Positions 27,380 through 39,302 of a stretch of DNA of 64,000 bases are shown piece after piece. This DNA comes from a virus (Duplodnaviria > Caudoviricetes), in IMG/VR virus record IMGVR_UViG_3300028805_004760, positions 96,001 to 160,000 of that record; one strand, given 5' to 3'. Both the position numbers and the translations under genes were made by a program. The notes under the pieces are model-generated. The model was not told where the DNA came from, ran no database searches, and saw only the letters and a list, made by a program, of their open reading frames with translations. Each line of letters opens with the position of its first letter. Position 1 is the first letter of the stretch.

Positions 27380-27946
27380 TTATTCTCTTTCGTTAAGTAA
27401 ATTTTCTAATTGACTAATAATCCAATCAGTATTCTCAATACTTAGATTATCTTTATTTTGTAATTCTCCTCTAATATAATTTATAACAGTACTTTTAATA
27501 ACACGCTTAGGATATTTACCTTGAATATTATCATAAATATCTAAGATATATTCGTCTATATCAAATACTGATACATTTTCATTATATTTTTTATGATAAG
27601 CACTTTCATATAAATAAGCAAAATGTTTCCATAAATATTCTTTATAGAAACTACGGTCATCTTCTTTAATATCTGAAAGTTTAATTAAATTTTGTATATT
27701 ATGAATTTCATCGTTATAGATTTCTTCTCCGTTTTCTTCTTTAAAATAAAATAATGCAACTTTTGCTGTTGCATATTGTTCAAAATTAAATACAGTATTT
27801 TTTAATAAAGAATAAAATGAAGAATCTTCAAATATACTTTTAATTATTGTTGATTTTCCATCCCAATAAAATAAAATAGGTACTTCTGTCTTATTTAATA
27901 ATTTTTGATTTGATGTAATATTTAATGCTACAAATGAATTTTGCAT
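27380..27946 (-). CDS. Hypothetical protein
   Basis: ORF in operon. Confidence 0.75.
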   Translation of the reverse strand: MQNSFVALNITSNQKLLNKTEVPILFYWDGKSTIIKSIFEDSSFYSLLKNTVFNFEQYATAKVALFYFKEENGEEIYNDEIHNIQNLIKLSDIKEDDRSFYKEYLWKHFAYLYESAYHKKYNENVSVFDIDEYILDIYDNIQGKYPKRVIKSTVINYIRGELQNKDNLSIENTDWIISQLENLLNERE

Positions 27947-28075
27947 ATGTTAAACTATATGTTTTTGATAATATTTAAATAGTTCTTTATGATTTTATTT
28001 TTAAACTTTTTTAATAAAAAATCCGCCCACTTGTAAAGTAGACGGATTATAAATTTAATTAACTATGAATTAAGG

Positions 28076-28747
28076 TCATTCACCAAGTGGCATTTTAAAT
28101 CCTTGTTCTTCAGGAAAACATGGATTATTTGTTCTTACATCACCAGTTACAGCATCTACATAAACATGTTCATGAGTATTACCGAAGATATATTGTGGAT
28201 TAGCGTCAATTGGTCCAAGTTCTCTACGAAGTACAACCTTTTGAGAATGTGGCTTAACAATATTAGTTTCCATTAACTTTTCATATGCTTGTGCAAATGT
28301 TAACTTAATTTCAGCTTCATCAAGTGGTTGATCACCTACCCAAAATGCATTTGGTTTTACTTCAACTGCAGCAGTATCAGGAGTATGAGCAAATAATACT
28401 ACATAAGTATCAAAACTCTTTTGATCTTCATATTCAATAACATATTGGAAAACATTTGAAACTGCTGTAATTACAGGAGCGTTTTCTGATTGTTCGGCAT
28501 CAAGCCAATCTTGCAATACAATGCATGACTCAAACCAACGATAATTGTTATTGTATTGTAGGAACATTTGCTGTCTATCAGTTGAAACCAAATGTTCAAG
28601 ATTTAAATTAGCCTTTTGTGATACTAGTTCAACAGAATCTGTTTTAACTTCATTTACTCCTTGATTTCCATTACAGCCATTACATGAGCTTAAACCAATA
28701 AGTAAAGCAAATAAAAAGCTAATAAATAAAACAGAAAGTTTTTTCAT
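28076..28747 (-). CDS. Putative lipoprotein with PepSY-like C-terminus
   Basis: LSSC lipobox; VYVDAVTG motif. Confidence 0.75.
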   Translation of the reverse strand: MKKLSVLFISFLFALLIGLSSCNGCNGNQGVNEVKTDSVELVSQKANLNLEHLVSTDRQQMFLQYNNNYRWFESCIVLQDWLDAEQSENAPVITAVSNVFQYVIEYEDQKSFDTYVVLFAHTPDTAAVEVKPNAFWVGDQPLDEAEIKLTFAQAYEKLMETNIVKPHSQKVVLRRELGPIDANPQYIFGNTHEHVYVDAVTGDVRTNNPCFPEEQGFKMPLGE

Positions 28748-29034
28748 AGATTTATTAAGATATTTTTACAAGTTAATTATCACAAAACATTGATAATTAA
28801 TAAATAAAAATAGTAAAAATATCTTAATAAATATCAAAAAACTTATTTTTTATTACCGTTATCTAAATAATTGATTACCGATGAACAAAAAATATATATT
28901 AACCCACCCAGTCCAAATATAATTAATCCTAATTCAAATGTTTTATACAACGAACCAATTCCAACTGATAATAGTGCTAAAAACATTAAATAAATTATTA
29001 ATTTAAGCCAATTCATTTTTATTTATGATTTAAA

Positions 29035-31782
29035 TTACAATACAATTTTTTCTCCTGTCATATAACGATTAAGTTCCAATCCAAGTGTCCAATTCCAATC
29101 TTTATATCCAATATAAAATACTGTATTTGCTGGTTTATAGATTACTTTCATAGCTACCTTATTATCCATAAGCTCCTTACCAGTTTTATTTTCGGCAACC
29201 TTCAAAAGTTCTTCAAATAAATCTTTAACATCTTCTACATTATCTGGAGAATTTTTATGAAATCCAGTATCAAACTCAACAATTCTACGAACTATTGCTG
29301 TTGGGTAACGATAAAACTCAATTACTTCAAAATCCTCAGGATCATTTAAAATTGTCATAATGTTTTGTTATTAAAATAAGTTTAATTATTATAAGTATTG
29401 CTAAAGTTATTCATTAATCATCATATGATTTAACTGTCATTTCAATTCCTTTTTCTTTAGCGAAATTTAAAACCATATAATAATATTTAGACTGTAGATT
29501 ACGCATTTGATACCAAATTGCTTCAAATGGACAACCAATTGATTTAAGATAATTATAATCTTTCTTTGGCAGTTTCTTAATCAACATCTGAAGAACTTCT
29601 TCACCACGATATTTTCTTGCGGCCTCATCAATCTCCTTAGCTTTCTTATTATTTTTACGATAACTTAGAAATGTAATTCCACAGCCACAACCGACAAATG
29701 CAAATCTCTTTTTCTTATTCTCCGGAACATGATCATCATCTTCAACAACAGATTTATATTGTATCTCATCGAGACATGCCTGATACAAATTATCAATATT
29801 AGATTTAAAATAATCTAGAAGCTCTTCAGCAAGACTCTTATTAGACTTCTTTTTATAATTAGGATCTCCCAATTCTTTAATCAATCGAGCAGCTTCCTCT
29901 TTTGAAAGAATCTCATTACGATAATCTTTTTTTGTAATGCAATAAAGCGCCCATCTCTGTCTTGCAGTTGCAGTATTCTCCATATTTAAATCTTATTAAG
30001 AATTGATTTATAATCATTAACAGCATTCTCAAGAATCTCAGTAGAAATATGTTTAGCTTTATATTTTTCGATTTTTGAATTGAGTTTGCCAATCTCAGCC
30101 ATTACCAATCCAATAACTCGATTTTTTTCAGTTTCTGTCAATGTATTTACCATATTTAATATTTGTTTGATTACAAATATAATATAGTTCTTTTATTTAA
30201 AAATTCAAATATTATATAAATAATTTCATTAATTTATTACATATTTCATACACACAAATCTTTCCAAAAATTTTTTCTCATATCAATTTTAACAGAATTC
30301 CATCCAATAAAAGGACTTCCATATCCATGATTAATTGACATTACTTTATCAGTTGGTTCATTATGTTTATCCAAATATACATTAACAGTATACTTAAGTT
30401 TCTCACCAGGTTTTGAGAAAAAGTATGTTATAAATTTCAAATCATAATAGATATTAGTTCCTTTTTCTAACGAATATCCAAATGACTCAAGATAATTCTT
30501 ATATTTATTATAACTTACGAATTTCATAATTTTCAATAAATGATTTAGATAGATTTATGCAAGTATCGAAATGATTAGAACTAAATTCTGGTACATTGTA
30601 ATCACCATCATATTTTATTAGATATTTAGTATGATAACCATTACAGTGTGGTTTATATATAAATATTGTAAAATCATTATAAGGAGTTGATACATTACGA
30701 AAAACTATTTTAAATCCTTTAGTCTTAGCATAATTTTTTAACTCATCAATACATTCTTTTACATAAAAATCATTAGGTTCTCTATACATTTTTAATCATT
30801 TATAATATTAATCTGAATCCATTGAAATAATTTTACCAGTAGACCAATCTGTCTTTACTTTATGTGTAAATTTCTCAGGATGCATTGTCCAAAGTGAAAG
30901 AATAGCTTTTGCCTCTTTTGAAATAGGCTTACCGTTATCAATCCACGGTTCATTTATATCGAACTTAACATACTGAAAATGATAATCTCCGCAAGGACCA
31001 CCATTAGTTTCATAATCATCCTTGATTATCTCTTCAATAACCATTTTCATAATTTTCTTAGAAGAAAAGAAACCAAGAAAACTACCTGCTTTATAAATTA
31101 ACGCGTACATATTTTATTTGTTTTAATTACAAATATAATATAGAATATTTTTTAAAAAATTCAAATAATATATGAAATTACAATAGAACAAATCTAATCA
31201 TTTTCTATTCGTTTTCTTAACTGTTGCATTTCAATACTTACACTTATAAATCTTACAATAAGCCAAATTGGAAAGAATAATATAACAATTGGCCAAAGCA
31301 AAACATAAAAAAGATTGATTATTACTTCATATTTTTTGTCTAACCATTTACTTTCATTTGCACAAGCAAATAAAATTCCAATAAAAATATAAATACAGGA
31401 TATTATCCAACCTCCTAATACAATTCCGAAATACTGAAATATAATTAACATAATTTATTGATATTTTGACCAAAGTATTTTATATTCTTCAGGAGTCATA
31501 TCTGTAATATAATCTGCATCATTTAAATCATACATTACAATAAAATGTCTAATATTATTTCTTTTTAGTTAATTCTTTTAGTTCATTATAATCATCAACG
31601 TGCATATATGCTCCACAGTCATAGTCTTCTTCTCGAGGATCATCGTCATTTATGTCATCAAAATAATAACAATTTATTGTAGGATCAAAGTCAACACAAT
31701 CTGGAAATATATTGCGGCCACCATTTATGCAAACTTGGCATCTTCTTAAAAGTTTTTTAGATAGTTCTTCTTTTTTGTACAT
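29035..31782 (-). other. Cluster of small early hypothetical genes (29035-29358, 29414-29983, 30246-30536, 30508-30789, 30808-31110, 31194-31451, 31555-31782)
   Basis: Tightly packed co-oriented ORFs with internal promoter motifs at 30171-30210 and 31127-31166. Confidence 0.75.
30171..30210 (-). promoter_or_regulatory. Repeated phage promoter (TTTGAA-N16/17-CTATATTATATTTGTAA)
   Basis: Near-identical copies at 31127, 34968, 40801, 49662, 53864, 59400 and 59868. Confidence 0.75.
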
Positions 31783-31912
31783 TTAATTTCCAATTTTATT
31801 TATATATGAATTATATTTATCTCTATAATAATTACGTTCATCTGTAATTTGATTGATTAAATTTATTAGATCTTGTATAGTCCAATTTTTAAAATCATCT
31901 ACTTTATACATA

Positions 31913-32530
31913 TTATAGTTCTCCTTTAAATGTTAATATTTCATTGCCTCTTTCAAGTTGAATTTGATCTAACCATTTTTCTCTCTGGTCAACTAATTTA
32001 TTTCCTTTATTATATTCAGAAATTTTTGCTTTAAGAATACGAAGACCAATTTCTCTGTTACGAATTTGATTTCGTTCTGCTTGACAAACAACAGTAATAC
32101 CTGTTGGAATATGTACTAATCGTACACAAGATTCTGTTCTATTGACATGTTGCCCACCTGCACCTGATGCTCTCATTGTGTCAATATGAACATCTTTTAT
32201 ATCAAGTTGAACTTCATTGTCTTTATATTCGTAAAACTTACAGCCAACGAACCAATTCTTACGTTTATGATTAGGACGAATGTTATTCTTAGTACAAATA
32301 TATTTAATTGTACCTTCCCACTTATTTTTAATTTCAGTTAAATTATCTTCAGAAGCAAGCATCACTGATTTAAATCCCCAAGCTTTACCTTCTTCATAAT
32401 TTACTATGCGAACATTACAATTATTTTTTTCGCATTCTTTCACAAATAATCTTGCAACTTTTTCACAAGCCTGATTACATTCTTCAGGACCACGACCAGC
32501 TGTAAATTGTATAAACCATTTATAGTTCAT
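31913..32530 (-). CDS. prfH: Peptide chain release factor homolog PrfH
   Basis: [35 protein letters not shown] (GGQ), ERGN; about 205 aa, lacking domain 1. Confidence 0.9.
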   Translation of the reverse strand: MNYKWFIQFTAGRGPEECNQACEKVARLFVKECEKNNCNVRIVNYEEGKAWGFKSVMLASEDNLTEIKNKWEGTIKYICTKNNIRPNHKRKNWFVGCKFYEYKDNEVQLDIKDVHIDTMRASGAGGQHVNRTESCVRLVHIPTGITVVCQAERNQIRNREIGLRILKAKISEYNKGNKLVDQREKWLDQIQLERGNEILTFKGEL

Positions 32531-32666
32531 ATTATTTACAATTTAAAGGTTTATCTCTGTCTTTACACACCAACATACATTTATAACAATTACCATCACA
32601 CAGACCTTCTAAAATATATTTCTGTGAATCTGATAAACCATCATATAATTTATTTGTGTTCATTAT

Positions 32667-32867
32667 TTATTTTGAATTTTTAAAGAAATTACCAATTATA
32701 TTAAGTAAAAAACAAACACCCCATGCTTGCCAAAACGTAAGAATAGGAGCTGCAGTCCAAAACAATGGAACTAACCAATTCCAAAGTAACATGAAAACCA
32801 AACCTTCAATTGCACCTAATGCAATTGCAATAACCAATACAATTAAACAACCAATTGTTTCTGCCAT
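32667..32867 (-). CDS. Small membrane protein
   Basis: Two hydrophobic segments, LWNW and LTFWQAWG motifs. Confidence 0.7.
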   Translation of the reverse strand: MAETIGCLIVLVIAIALGAIEGLVFMLLWNWLVPLFWTAAPILTFWQAWGVCFLLNIIGNFFKNSK

Positions 32868-32954
32868 AATTTTTATTTATTAAATTAATATATTTTATTT
32901 TTGTATTCAATTTTTTCTAACTCATGTCTTCGTGTCTCAATTTCTACATAAGAT

Positions 32955-33407
32955 TCATTTATTAAGAATTTTCTTAATTTCCATGTCACACCATAGTTTA
33001 CCCAAAGCATCCTCATATGATTCACCAGAATAACAAGCATGGTAATATCTTTCATAATTTCTTGGTTTATAACCAACTGTATATTTATATTCTGGAGCTA
33101 TTGGTTTATCATTATATTGAAATGTAAGTATGCAAGTTTGTTTTTTATTTTTATTCTTATTATGAGGAAATACAATTTCTTCTTCAATATCTATATTATA
33201 AGCTAATTTCATATAATGAATATAAGCTTCTGTTTGATCATTATATTCCTCAACAACTTTCCATTTATTCCACCAATGTTTCTTTTGTTCAATAACCCAT
33301 TTATTTTTTACGCCCATAAATGCAAAAAGAAATGCAAATAGCATAAATGGAGTTAACCATAACCAACTATCATTTGTTGGTTTATTACATCTAATTCTAT
33401 ATTTCAT
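32955..33407 (-). CDS. Hypothetical protein
   Basis: ORF with one hydrophobic segment. Confidence 0.7.
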   Translation of the reverse strand: MKYRIRCNKPTNDSWLWLTPFMLFAFLFAFMGVKNKWVIEQKKHWWNKWKVVEEYNDQTEAYIHYMKLAYNIDIEEEIVFPHNKNKNKKQTCILTFQYNDKPIAPEYKYTVGYKPRNYERYYHACYSGESYEDALGKLWCDMEIKKILNK

Positions 33408-33412
33408 AATTA

Positions 33413-33811
33413 TTAAATATTACAGAAATATTTAAATACATTATTTATTTCATCTAAACCTTCAATTTTTTTATCAGGCCAAATTTCGTTGTTTTTTACT
33501 TTTACTTCATAAACATCTTTTACATGATTTATTTGAGATACCTGATAATCAATAACATCTTTAAATGTTTTTAATGATTCTTTTAAAGTATGAAAATTTT
33601 TAGCAGTATAACATGGGTTTAAACTAACATCATGTATATCTTCACATGCATGATATAATTTTCGCCATGGATTATTAAATATACGTTCAAATAAAGTCAA
33701 TTGTGAAGGATTAATTCTAAAAAATACTTCTTTATAATCAGACCATTCAAAAGCCCATGGACTTTGCTTGGCTTTTAATTGTATTTTATAATTTAAATTA
33801 AAAATTTTCAT
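33413..33811 (-). CDS. Hypothetical protein, paralog of 33814-34146
   Basis: Shared RINP..L...R.FNNPWR.LYH.C motif. Confidence 0.75.
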   Translation of the reverse strand: MKIFNLNYKIQLKAKQSPWAFEWSDYKEVFFRINPSQLTLFERIFNNPWRKLYHACEDIHDVSLNPCYTAKNFHTLKESLKTFKDVIDYQVSQINHVKDVYEVKVKNNEIWPDKKIEGLDEINNVFKYFCNI

Positions 33812-33813
33812 AA

Positions 33814-34146
33814 TTAATCATAAATAGGTTCATCATCCCAAATTATTCCTTTAGCAACATACTCATTATGTTCTAATTGAGCCTTCTTTTCTTCCTCTGC
33901 TAGATAATTAACAACATCTGCATATGTTTTCAAATTCTTAATTCCATAATTATTATATTCATGAGTATTAAAATATGAATTCATATGATACATACATTGA
34001 TGATAAAGAGTGCGCCAAGGATTATTGAACATCCTATCCCACAAAGATAATTCTTTTGGATTAATTCTCCAAAATATTTGTCTAATCTTTATTGGAGATG
34101 GTTCCAAATAAATTTGTACGGTGCAATTAGAATAATCTTTCTTCAT
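33814..34146 (-). CDS. Hypothetical protein, paralog of 33413-33811
   Basis: Shared motif as above. Confidence 0.75.
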   Translation of the reverse strand: MKKDYSNCTVQIYLEPSPIKIRQIFWRINPKELSLWDRMFNNPWRTLYHQCMYHMNSYFNTHEYNNYGIKNLKTYADVVNYLAEEEKKAQLEHNEYVAKGIIWDDEPIYD

Positions 34147-34148
34147 AA

Positions 34149-34517
34149 TTAATGTTTATATTTTTTTGACTTAAGATACTTACCAAACTTATGATTCCAA
34201 TAATTCTCCCCATTACCGTAATGCTTATTAACCCACGCATTTCCGTTTCTATCAACAATATAGCAATTTTTATCTTTCTTTGAAACAAGAAATGTACCAT
34301 CAGTAGGTTCATTCCAAGAATCATGTGGAAGCTCAATATTAATAACTAAATCTGACACATCTTCAATATCTTTATTTGCTATAAGATTACGAAGATTATG
34401 ACGATTCATCTGACGAGCTTTTCGATTACGATCACGATAATACTCAGTATTAGAACCAGTACAAATTCCGCATTTTATATATTTACGATAAGTTCTTGAC
34501 ATATTATAATTTTCCAA
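34149..34517 (-). CDS. Hypothetical basic protein
   Basis: MSRTYRK start, Arg-rich. Confidence 0.7.
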   Translation of the reverse strand: MENYNMSRTYRKYIKCGICTGSNTEYYRDRNRKARQMNRHNLRNLIANKDIEDVSDLVINIELPHDSWNEPTDGTFLVSKKDKNCYIVDRNGNAWVNKHYGNGENYWNHKFGKYLKSKKYKH

Positions 34518-34675
34518 TCTATTTTTCTTCTATTACATTATCTTTATAAAAAGGACCTCCACATTTGCCTGGTTTATTATATCCTGGTAATATCTTATCA
34601 CAAATATTCAAATATGCGCATGTTGAACATATACCATTATAACCAGCAAATTTAAATTTTTTATTTAGTTCCTCT

Positions 34676-34954
34676 TTAGTCATTATTTATCATGTTTAAA
34701 AGTTTATCCTTAACAATTGGTTGATCAATTTTTTCTTGAAATACGAGAGCAATTAATTCATCAATATTTTCACCTTGTTTAATTGCATCAATCATTGCTT
34801 CGATATAATCATCAAAATAATTATAAGGATAAACCATAGATCCATCTTTAAGAAAAAGAAAATTAATTCGTTCTTCTTTAACTTCTGAACCATACTTTTT
34901 CTTTTTCTCATTAAGATAATCTTTAACCCACTCTCTATTTGTCTTTCGTCTCAT
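34676..34954 (-). CDS. Hypothetical protein
   Basis: ORF directly downstream of promoter motif 34968-35006. Confidence 0.7.
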   Translation of the reverse strand: MRRKTNREWVKDYLNEKKKKYGSEVKEERINFLFLKDGSMVYPYNYFDDYIEAMIDAIKQGENIDELIALVFQEKIDQPIVKDKLLNMINND

Positions 34955-35105
34955 ATATTATATTTGATTACAATTTAAATATAGATTAATTAGTAAAAAA
35001 TTCAAATTATATATAATTTTTATATTCTTATTTGTTAAAATTATATAAAACAAAAAACTATTTTTATTAAATACACGTGCAAAATATATGAATCACGTGA
35101 AATAG

Positions 35106-36128
35106 ATGAGAGATTTGATAATCGGAGACATGCATATCGGAATTAAGAATAATTCCGTGACATGGTTAGAATCCCAATTAGAATTTTTTGACAAGCAAAT
35201 ATTTGAAACAATAAAAAACAAGCAAATTGAACGAGTAATATTTTTAGGAGATTTAAGTGACATACGTTATTCAATTAATCAACAAATTGGTATTGAGTTA
35301 CAAAATAAAATAAGAGAGATGATTAAAATGTTTCCAGATATTAAATTTTATATGATAGCTGGAAACCATGATTATTATTCTCCTCTTGAAGAATTTGCTA
35401 CTTATAATGTTTATAATTTAATATTTCCTGAAGAATTTTTATATGTTCATAAAAATTTAATAATCGTTAATAATGATCCTTTGTTAACTGAAGATGGTGC
35501 TTTAATGCTGCCATGGTATTGGACAGAGAATCCAGATCATATAGATGAAATATTATATAATTATGATTTTGAAAGAGAAGTAAAATCAATATTTTGTCAT
35601 ACTGATTTAACAACATGGCCAGGAGCTCGCATAGCATCTTTTAAAGGAACTCCAATTTATTCTGGACATATACATTATATTGTGGAAGATAAGTTATGTA
35701 ACTTACATAATGTTGGAGCTGCAGTTTCATTGACATTTAATGATGTTAATCAAGATAGGTTCTTATATATACTTGAAGATTTTGAAGAAGTTGAGAAAAT
35801 AAAAAATATTACGACACCTCAATTTAAACGTGTATATAATGAACAGATATTTAACTTAACAGATGAGTTCTTTGAAAATTCATATATACAATTATGTATT
35901 TCAACAAATAATATACATAATATAAAATATGTAGAACAAATTAAAGAACTTAAAATGAAATACATTAATAGTAATATTCGTATGCATATTATTGATGATG
36001 ATACGGATATTGAATCATTAGAAGTAGAAGGATTTAATACTGATATATCAAAGTATATTGAAAATAATATCCCAGAACATCTTAATGAAAAATATAACTT
36101 AATAAAAAATAAACTTAAAGAACAATAA
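35106..36128 (+). CDS. Mre11/SbcD-like recombination nuclease (T4 gp47-like)
   Basis: GDMHIG, LGDL, GNHD, SGHIH motifs. Confidence 0.9.
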   Translation: MRDLIIGDMHIGIKNNSVTWLESQLEFFDKQIFETIKNKQIERVIFLGDLSDIRYSINQQIGIELQNKIREMIKMFPDIKFYMIAGNHDYYSPLEEFATYNVYNLIFPEEFLYVHKNLIIVNNDPLLTEDGALMLPWYWTENPDHIDEILYNYDFEREVKSIFCHTDLTTWPGARIASFKGTPIYSGHIHYIVEDKLCNLHNVGAAVSLTFNDVNQDRFLYILEDFEEVEKIKNITTPQFKRVYNEQIFNLTDEFFENSYIQLCISTNNIHNIKYVEQIKELKMKYINSNIRMHIIDDDTDIESLEVEGFNTDISKYIENNIPEHLNEKYNLIKNKLKEQ

Positions 36129-36682
36129 TGGATGATGTATTAGTTAAGTATGAAGATATTGAAGAATCTATAACTAAAGAATTAACTAAAGAATTAAATG
36201 ATCAAATTAATAAAAAAATCTTAGAAAGTTTATCAAAATTAAGTGATCCTGATTTTGAACGTAAAAAAATATTTAATCAAGCTATAGAATATAAAGATAA
36301 ATTCAAAATCATATCAAATTCACCGATGAATTATGTTTTATTTACATTTATAAATGAATTGATTAAAAGTGACATTAAAAATGGTTATATAACTCATAAA
36401 TATAAAGATGCATTTGATAAAGAATATATTTCAAAATATAAATTAGATGATTTAGAATCAGTAACATATATTTATGATAATGCATTTGGTGAAAATAAAA
36501 TAATTCGTTGGCATAGATATAAAACAGGTGAAAAGGAAGAAAATGAACCAATATATATACCTTATAATATTTTAAACAACGTAGAAACAATAAATAATTA
36601 TAAATCAAATAGTAAATATATTGTAGGACCAGGATTTATTCCTGAAACAAAATATTATAATACATTTAATATAAAAATATGA
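36128..36682 (+). CDS. Hypothetical protein
   Basis: Translationally coupled ORF. Confidence 0.7.
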   Translation: MDDVLVKYEDIEESITKELTKELNDQINKKILESLSKLSDPDFERKKIFNQAIEYKDKFKIISNSPMNYVLFTFINELIKSDIKNGYITHKYKDAFDKEYISKYKLDDLESVTYIYDNAFGENKIIRWHRYKTGEKEENEPIYIPYNILNNVETINNYKSNSKYIVGPGFIPETKYYNTFNIKI

Positions 36683-37596
36683 ATGACGTTAAAATAGATT
36701 GGAAAAAATATGTCGATAAAATTTATTGTATAAAATATATTGGAGAATCAGAATATAGAACAAATAAATGCAAGGAAGAATTTAATAGAGTAGACATACT
36801 TGATTCTGGTATTTATTATGAATTTGTAAATGTTAATTCTCCAATATATAAAGATATCTACCAAACATTATTTACAAAATTTAGTAAAGATCGTCCTTAT
36901 GATTATGTAACTGATTGTACATTTGGACATTATTATTGCATGAAACATGCAGAATATTTTGATTATAAAAGAATTTTAATATTAGAATCTGATGATGTAT
37001 TTTTAAGAGATAAAAATCAGATTATAGAAATCTTAGAAAAATCAAAAGAAATAATGGATAATGATGAAAATTCATTAATGGTGTTAAATGGTTGTGAAGT
37101 AGATTGCCCAGCATATACATTTACTTTACCAAAAGAATTTTATATTAAGTTTAATTCTCAATATTCATTGTGGTGTGCAGGCTTTAATATATATTCAAAA
37201 AATGCATATAAATTATTTATTGACAAATTTGAAAAATATGAATTTTTTACAAATGATACATATAAATTTATATATGGAGATAAAATAAATGTTTATAATA
37301 ATGAAGTAAATATATGTATACAACAAGATTGGGTTAAAATGACTACTAATTTTGATGTTCTTTATAATATAGATATTAACAAAGATTTTATTGATAGATT
37401 TAAATATGTAAGACTTGAATTATTTAATTCATGGGTTGCGAATTTTCATCAATTTCAATCATTTAATGCTTATGATATATTAAAATATAAACCAGAAGAT
37501 AATGTTTATCACAATTATTTGTATCAACTTTTTAATACTTTAAATACTTACTTATTTGATAATAAATTAAATATAAACGATTATATAATAGGATAA
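36679..37596 (+). CDS. Glycosyltransferase (GT25-like)
   Basis: VDKIYCI, CTFGHY, RILILESDDVF. Confidence 0.7.
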   Translation: MNDVKIDWKKYVDKIYCIKYIGESEYRTNKCKEEFNRVDILDSGIYYEFVNVNSPIYKDIYQTLFTKFSKDRPYDYVTDCTFGHYYCMKHAEYFDYKRILILESDDVFLRDKNQIIEILEKSKEIMDNDENSLMVLNGCEVDCPAYTFTLPKEFYIKFNSQYSLWCAGFNIYSKNAYKLFIDKFEKYEFFTNDTYKFIYGDKINVYNNEVNICIQQDWVKMTTNFDVLYNIDINKDFIDRFKYVRLELFNSWVANFHQFQSFNAYDILKYKPEDNVYHNYLYQLFNTLNTYLFDNKLNINDYIIG

Positions 37597-39299
37597 TGAT
37601 AATACACAATATAACAATTAAAGATTTTAAGTCTTGCTATGGATCTCATTATTTTGATTTTGATAAAATGAAAGGTTTAGTAAAATTATCCGGACCTATT
37701 GGTGCAGGTAAGACAACAATTGGAGAAGCTTTATTATGGGGTCTATTTGGAACTGTTAAAGGTCAAAATAATGGACAATTAGTTGCATGGAATACAAAGG
37801 CATGCGAAATAGAATTAAATTTGACATGTAAAGATAATTCAATTCATATCATTAGAAATATACGTGAACCATTAATTGTTGAAGTAAATGGAAAGACTTT
37901 AGCTGCATCAAATAAAAAAGATACACAGCAAATATTAGAAGAAGAAATATATGATGTTCCTAAATTAGCAATCGTTAAAATGTGTATCATATCATTTAAT
38001 GCTTTTAATAGTTTAGCTTCCATGAGTGTCGGTGAAACTAAAATGTTCCTCGATGAGATATTTGGATTTAAATTATTTTCAGAATATAATGATGAAATTA
38101 AAATTGAACGTAAAACACAAGAAAATGAACAAATAAGATTACAATCTGTTTATGATGAAAATTTACAACAAATAGAACATCTTAAAGAAAAACAAATTAT
38201 ACAAACTAATGAATTAGCTACATCTTTAGATGTTAAAAGTATTAATGAAAAAAGACAAGATTTAATTAACCAAGGTATTGCTTTAAAAAATAAAAAGGCA
38301 AATCTTAAAAAGGAAAGAGAACAAAAGGATAAAGAATTTGATATTAAAATTCAGGAATATCAAAATAAAATGACTGAAGCTGCAACATTAGGTCGCCAAG
38401 CAAAAAATAATTATAATACATTTAAATCTGGCATATGTCCTACTTGTGGTCAATCTATTGACCAATCTCATATTGATGAATATAAAAACAAAATGGAAGA
38501 ATATGCGTCAATATATAGAGAAAATGAATATCAGAAAAAACTTTTAGAAATTAATAAATCTCAAACACATGATTCATATCATGAACCTATGATTAAGTGC
38601 GATGAAGAAATGGATTCTCTTCGTAAGCAAATATCTAAAATTGATGCTGAGTTAAAATCGTATAATGATTCAGTTCAACTTATTCAAGATAATTATGATG
38701 AGCTAATTAAAGAATATGAAAACAAAGCTAAAGAAATTAAAAAGCAACTTGATAAATGTGATTCAGAAATTATTGAATGGAATGAAATGAATGATTTATT
38801 TAGTAAAACATTACGTTATAATTTACTTGAAACTCTTATTCCACATATTAATAAATCAATTCAATTCTTTATTAATAAGCTTGAACAAAATTATAAAATT
38901 GAATATGATCAAGAATTTAAAGCTCACATATTTGTAGATGGATGGGATAAAGAAATTGCTTATAATAATTTAAGTACAGGACAACGTAAATCATTAGATT
39001 TAGCAATTATTTTCGGTATACTTCAAAATATTATTGCTAATGTAGATCTTAACATATTATTCCTTGATGAGTTATTTAGTAATATGGACGTTAATGCAAG
39101 AAATATTATGTTAAGTATATTAAATGAAAATATTGGAAATGATAAAACAATATTTGTTATTAATCATGCTGAAATGCAAGACGATATGTTCCAACATAAG
39201 ATAAGAGTAAAATTAGAAAAGAAAAAAATTATATCTGCATCTCAACGAAAAGGAGAAGACGTAATAGTTCAGGCTTCAAAATATGAACAAGAATTTTAA
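37596..39299 (+). CDS. Rad50/SbcC-like ATPase (T4 gp46-like)
   Basis: GPIGAGKT Walker A, CPTCGQ zinc hook, LSTGQ signature, LFLDE Walker B. Confidence 0.92.
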   Translation: MIIHNITIKDFKSCYGSHYFDFDKMKGLVKLSGPIGAGKTTIGEALLWGLFGTVKGQNNGQLVAWNTKACEIELNLTCKDNSIHIIRNIREPLIVEVNGKTLAASNKKDTQQILEEEIYDVPKLAIVKMCIISFNAFNSLASMSVGETKMFLDEIFGFKLFSEYNDEIKIERKTQENEQIRLQSVYDENLQQIEHLKEKQIIQTNELATSLDVKSINEKRQDLINQGIALKNKKANLKKEREQKDKEFDIKIQEYQNKMTEAATLGRQAKNNYNTFKSGICPTCGQSIDQSHIDEYKNKMEEYASIYRENEYQKKLLEINKSQTHDSYHEPMIKCDEEMDSLRKQISKIDAELKSYNDSVQLIQDNYDELIKEYENKAKEIKKQLDKCDSEIIEWNEMNDLFSKTLRYNLLETLIPHINKSIQFFINKLEQNYKIEYDQEFKAHIFVDGWDKEIAYNNLSTGQRKSLDLAIIFGILQNIIANVDLNILFLDELFSNMDVNARNIMLSILNENIGNDKTIFVINHAEMQDDMFQHKIRVKLEKKKIISASQRKGEDVIVQASKYEQEF

Positions 39300-39302
39300 A
39301 GC

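Noticed and set aside
28070-28078. TGA followed by CCT-TAA, suggesting a PLGE-W-P ending and TGA=Trp recoding
   Set aside because: Other genes use TGG for Trp and end normally at TGA (7625, 30246, 59077). At most a local nonsense change.
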